DNA of 64,000 bases from an uncultured bacterium (GTDB lineage Bacteria > UBP14 > UBA6098). The stretch covers positions 12,005 through 76,004 of the forward strand of contig CAYWOR010000006.1 in assembly GCA_964459995.1 (NCBI GenBank). Direction: 5' to 3'. The notes under the pieces were generated by a model. It made no database searches. It worked only from the letters and a program-made list of their open reading frames with translations, and was not told the origin of the DNA. The position numbers and the translations under genes are program-made. This document shows, one piece after another, positions 62,122-64,000 of the stretch. Each line of letters starts with the position of its first letter. Position 1 is the stretch's first letter.

Positions 62122-63573
62122 ATGAAATATTTGAGATTATTCTTGCTAATTAATCTGCTTTCGTTCCCTGCCTTCTGCGCGAACATTGCCTTTTGCTTCC
62201 TAAGTAGAAGTTATTCTATCTCCCAAATAAGAGTTTCTGAAATCTTTAATGAAGAAGGACACACGGTGGATTTTAGAGACACTTGGTTTGTGCCAGATGA
62301 TTCGGTTGATTTGGCTCTCTATTTTCTCCATGATGGAGTTCCTGATTCGTCGGAAAGAGCTTCATTTAGGGCATGGGTATATAATGGCGGTAAAGCGTTC
62401 TGTTTTGAAGCAGGATGGCATAGATATTCTGATCAACGTGCCTGGGATACCTTTCTTGCCGACCCTGAATGGCATAGCGAGATTGGGGGCATGGAAATCG
62501 TCTATTGGTCCCAGCCAACTTCTTTGCCCCATTATCCAGGATGGTCTTGCTCTAGCTATGGACCCCGACATATTCCAATACCTCGATTCTACTCACCCCT
62601 TTGCTATGCACGACTCGATACGATTTTTGCCTTCCCCCGGAACAGGATTGTGTTCACGGATTCATCTTCAGCTGGTCGAGAAATAGGGGTTCTTATGAGG
62701 GGTGATCCCGTGCTTGCCCCCGGAGATAGCCTCGGCTGGATATTCGGTGCCTATGCAAGGTATGGTTTAGGAATATTTAATTTCTTTTTAAATGCATATT
62801 CCATTTTCGGCAATAATCAGGGCGTAATTGAAACATGCGGCTACCCCGAATTACTTTGGCTCATCGACTACGGCGATAATATCCAGTTCGTTCGCAACCT
62901 CTTCACAACGAACGACCGCGCGGATAGGGTTTGGCTGAGCGGCACGGACAGCACGTTTACGGTTTACCTCACAAATTGCACGCCCTTCGTTGCTGAGAGC
63001 ACCTTTTTCAGCTTCGAGTCCGCCGCACACGGCCTCTGGGAGCTTCGGGCAAGCGATTGGCACTTCTGGCGCACCGATTCGAGCATCACCATTCAATACC
63101 CGGACACCTGCCCAATGGGCATAGCGTTCGAGGTCTGTGTCAACCGTGTCCCCGACGCCACCGGCGAGACCGTCCTCCCCACAGGCCCCATATGCGATTC
63201 CTTCGCGTTCAACTATACCGGCATCGCCGAAACCCCCACGCCGCAATCCTTCGCCATTTCCGCCCACCCGAACCCGTTTAATTCGGCGGTAACCATCACC
63301 ATCGACGGCGCGGGCGTATGCGATACGCCCCTACGGTTGGAGATTTATGACGTGAACGGGCGACGGGTGGCGGAATTAATCCCCCCCCATACGGGCTCAA
63401 GCGCCGGCCCCCCTTTAACAAGGGGGGAGCACGGGAAGTCCCCCTTGTCAAAGGGGGATTCAGGGGGATTAGTCGTCTGGCGTCCCGACGAATCCCTACC
63501 ATCCGGCGTATATCTTGTCCGCATCGAGCAGGGCGGCCTGACTTGTACGAAGCCGGTATTTTATGTTAAGTAA
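62122..63573 (+). CDS. Secreted mosaic protein (483 aa): AT-rich ThuA/GATase1-like N-terminal module, GC-rich C-terminal part, T9SS CTD interrupted by a repeat element
   Basis: AAGGGGAAAGG Shine-Dalgarno sequence and signal peptide LLINLLSFPAFCA. The CTD reads HPNPFNSAVTITIDGAGVCDTPLRLEIYDVNGRRVAEL-[31-aa insert]-VVWRPDESLPSGVYLVRI..VFYVK. Confidence 0.75.
   Translation: MKYLRLFLLINLLSFPAFCANIAFCFLSRSYSISQIRVSEIFNEEGHTVDFRDTWFVPDDSVDLALYFLHDGVPDSSERASFRAWVYNGGKAFCFEAGWHRYSDQRAWDTFLADPEWHSEIGGMEIVYWSQPTSLPHYPGWSCSSYGPRHIPIPRFYSPLCYARLDTIFAFPRNRIVFTDSSSAGREIGVLMRGDPVLAPGDSLGWIFGAYARYGLGIFNFFLNAYSIFGNNQGVIETCGYPELLWLIDYGDNIQFVRNLFTTNDRADRVWLSGTDSTFTVYLTNCTPFVAESTFFSFESAAHGLWELRASDWHFWRTDSSITIQYPDTCPMGIAFEVCVNRVPDATGETVLPTGPICDSFAFNYTGIAETPTPQSFAISAHPNPFNSAVTITIDGAGVCDTPLRLEIYDVNGRRVAELIPPHTGSSAGPPLTRGEHGKSPLSKGDSGGLVVWRPDESLPSGVYLVRIEQGGLTCTKPVFYVK
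63377..63471. mobile_element. MITE/REP-like 95-bp nested palindromic element inserted in frame in the CTD
   Basis: Terminal inverted repeats are TAATCCCCC (63377-63385) and GGGGGATTA (63463-63471). There are two internal hairpins: CCCCCCTT-TAAC-AAGGGGGG (63408-63427) and CCCCCTT-GTCA-AAGGGGG (63440-63457). A C8 run lies at 63381-63388. Confidence 0.45.
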
Positions 63574-63663
63574 GCGAAATCGCACGCGACGCGGAGCGCC
63601 GGGGAGAGCTTTTCTATGGAGGACAGTAGGAACGAGGAATAAAGAGAAGTCAAGGAGAACAAT

Positions 63664-64000
63664 ATGAAAGTGATCAAATATTCGATATTGATAATTTATT
63701 TTGCACTTTCCCTGTTAGGTGGGAATATCCTGATCCATTTCAATCCTTCCACTATTTTTACTACTTTCGGGACTGATTTATTAGGTTTGGCCAATACGCT
63801 TGTCTCAGATGGCCATTCAGTTTCTTTAGATACAACATCAATCTTTCCGCCTTTGGATGGTTACGATGTGTTATATTCTTTTCTTGGCGATTCTTTATCT
63901 CAACCTGATATTTCAAGGGCACAGCGGTTCATAGGAAACGGGGGTCGTGCAATATTTATGGGCGAATGTTGGCCTTCAGTTGGTCGAAACGTTAATGCTT
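63664..64000 (+). CDS. Paralog of the 483-aa protein N-terminal module, cut by the window edge (absent from the ORF track)
   Basis: AAGGAG Shine-Dalgarno sequence, then ATG 63664: MKVIKYSILIIYFALSLLGGNILIHFNPS...GHSVSLD...YDVLYSFLGDSLSQPDISRAQRFIGNGGRAIFMGECW. This is collinear with ...GHTVDFRD...VDLALYFLHDGVPDSSERASFRAWVYNGGKAFCFEAGW of the upstream gene. Confidence 0.6.
   Translation, partial: MKVIKYSILIIYFALSLLGGNILIHFNPSTIFTTFGTDLLGLANTLVSDGHSVSLDTTSIFPPLDGYDVLYSFLGDSLSQPDISRAQRFIGNGGRAIFMGECWPSVGRNVNA

Noticed and set aside
54787-64000. Sulfatase maturation substrates (C-x-P-x-R) for the FGE-like protein among neighbouring proteins
   Set aside because: I scanned the 640-, 1351-, 301- and 483-aa products by eye. 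I found only non-matching near-motifs such as GCPLRD and NCGPAT, and no sulfatase fold.
1-64000. rRNA, tRNA, CRISPR arrays, IS transposases, integrases, and prophage or defence-island genes
   Set aside because: Non-coding gaps are short. The longest are about 390, 320, 240 and 155 bp, and none contains a tRNA-like T-arm (GGTTCGAATCC-type) or regularly spaced direct repeats of CRISPR length. No ORF shows DDE/HUH transposase, tyrosine/serine recombinase, RT, restriction or nuclease-NTPase defence motifs that I can recognise.

Overview
This is a densely coding 64-kb bacterial window, roughly 50% GC by eye. It has AT-rich islets at about 3.8-4.1 kb, 17.6-18.7 kb, 47.4-47.6 kb and 62.1-62.9 kb, and again from 63.6 kb onward. 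I recognised no rRNA, tRNA, CRISPR array, transposase, integrase or reverse transcriptase. Ten proteins end in Por/T9SS-type C-terminal sorting domains (PNPFN ... IYDxxGR ... SGxY ... K). This suggests an uncultivated FCB-type lineage, but that is an inference and no taxonomy can be proven from here. Housekeeping blocks are murA; a minus-strand run of tkt-tal, then pyrR-pyrB-(GT4)-pyrC-aldh; a 2Fe-2S / FAD / 4Fe-4S oxidoreductase operon; psd-pssA-purS-purQ; and pheT. Accessory blocks are as follows. (i) A Pmp-like beta-helix T9SS cargo protein. (ii) An S8 peptidase, M14 carboxypeptidase and beta-CASP RNase operon. (iii) A 21.4-kb co-oriented array of four T9SS cargo genes (2601, 219, 2344 and 1885 aa), followed by an Omp85-family gene whose ATG sits 4 nt after a strong terminator. 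(iv) A tightly coupled plus-strand operon at 52.9-62.1 kb. It encodes a tail-fibre-like repeat plus beta-helix protein, a very Cys-rich PKD-containing giant, an FGE/SUMF1-fold protein and a small secreted protein. It is followed by tandem mosaic paralogs. The candidates for something undescribed are blocks (iii) and (iv), which look like modular surface-apparatus loci built from shared unannotated modules. Other candidates are a 95-bp nested-hairpin MITE-like element inserted in frame in a sorting domain, a phased GAATACA heptamer array next to an orphan ImmA/IrrE protease gene, and several apparently leaderless promoters. All functional calls come from motif recognition by eye. No database search was run.
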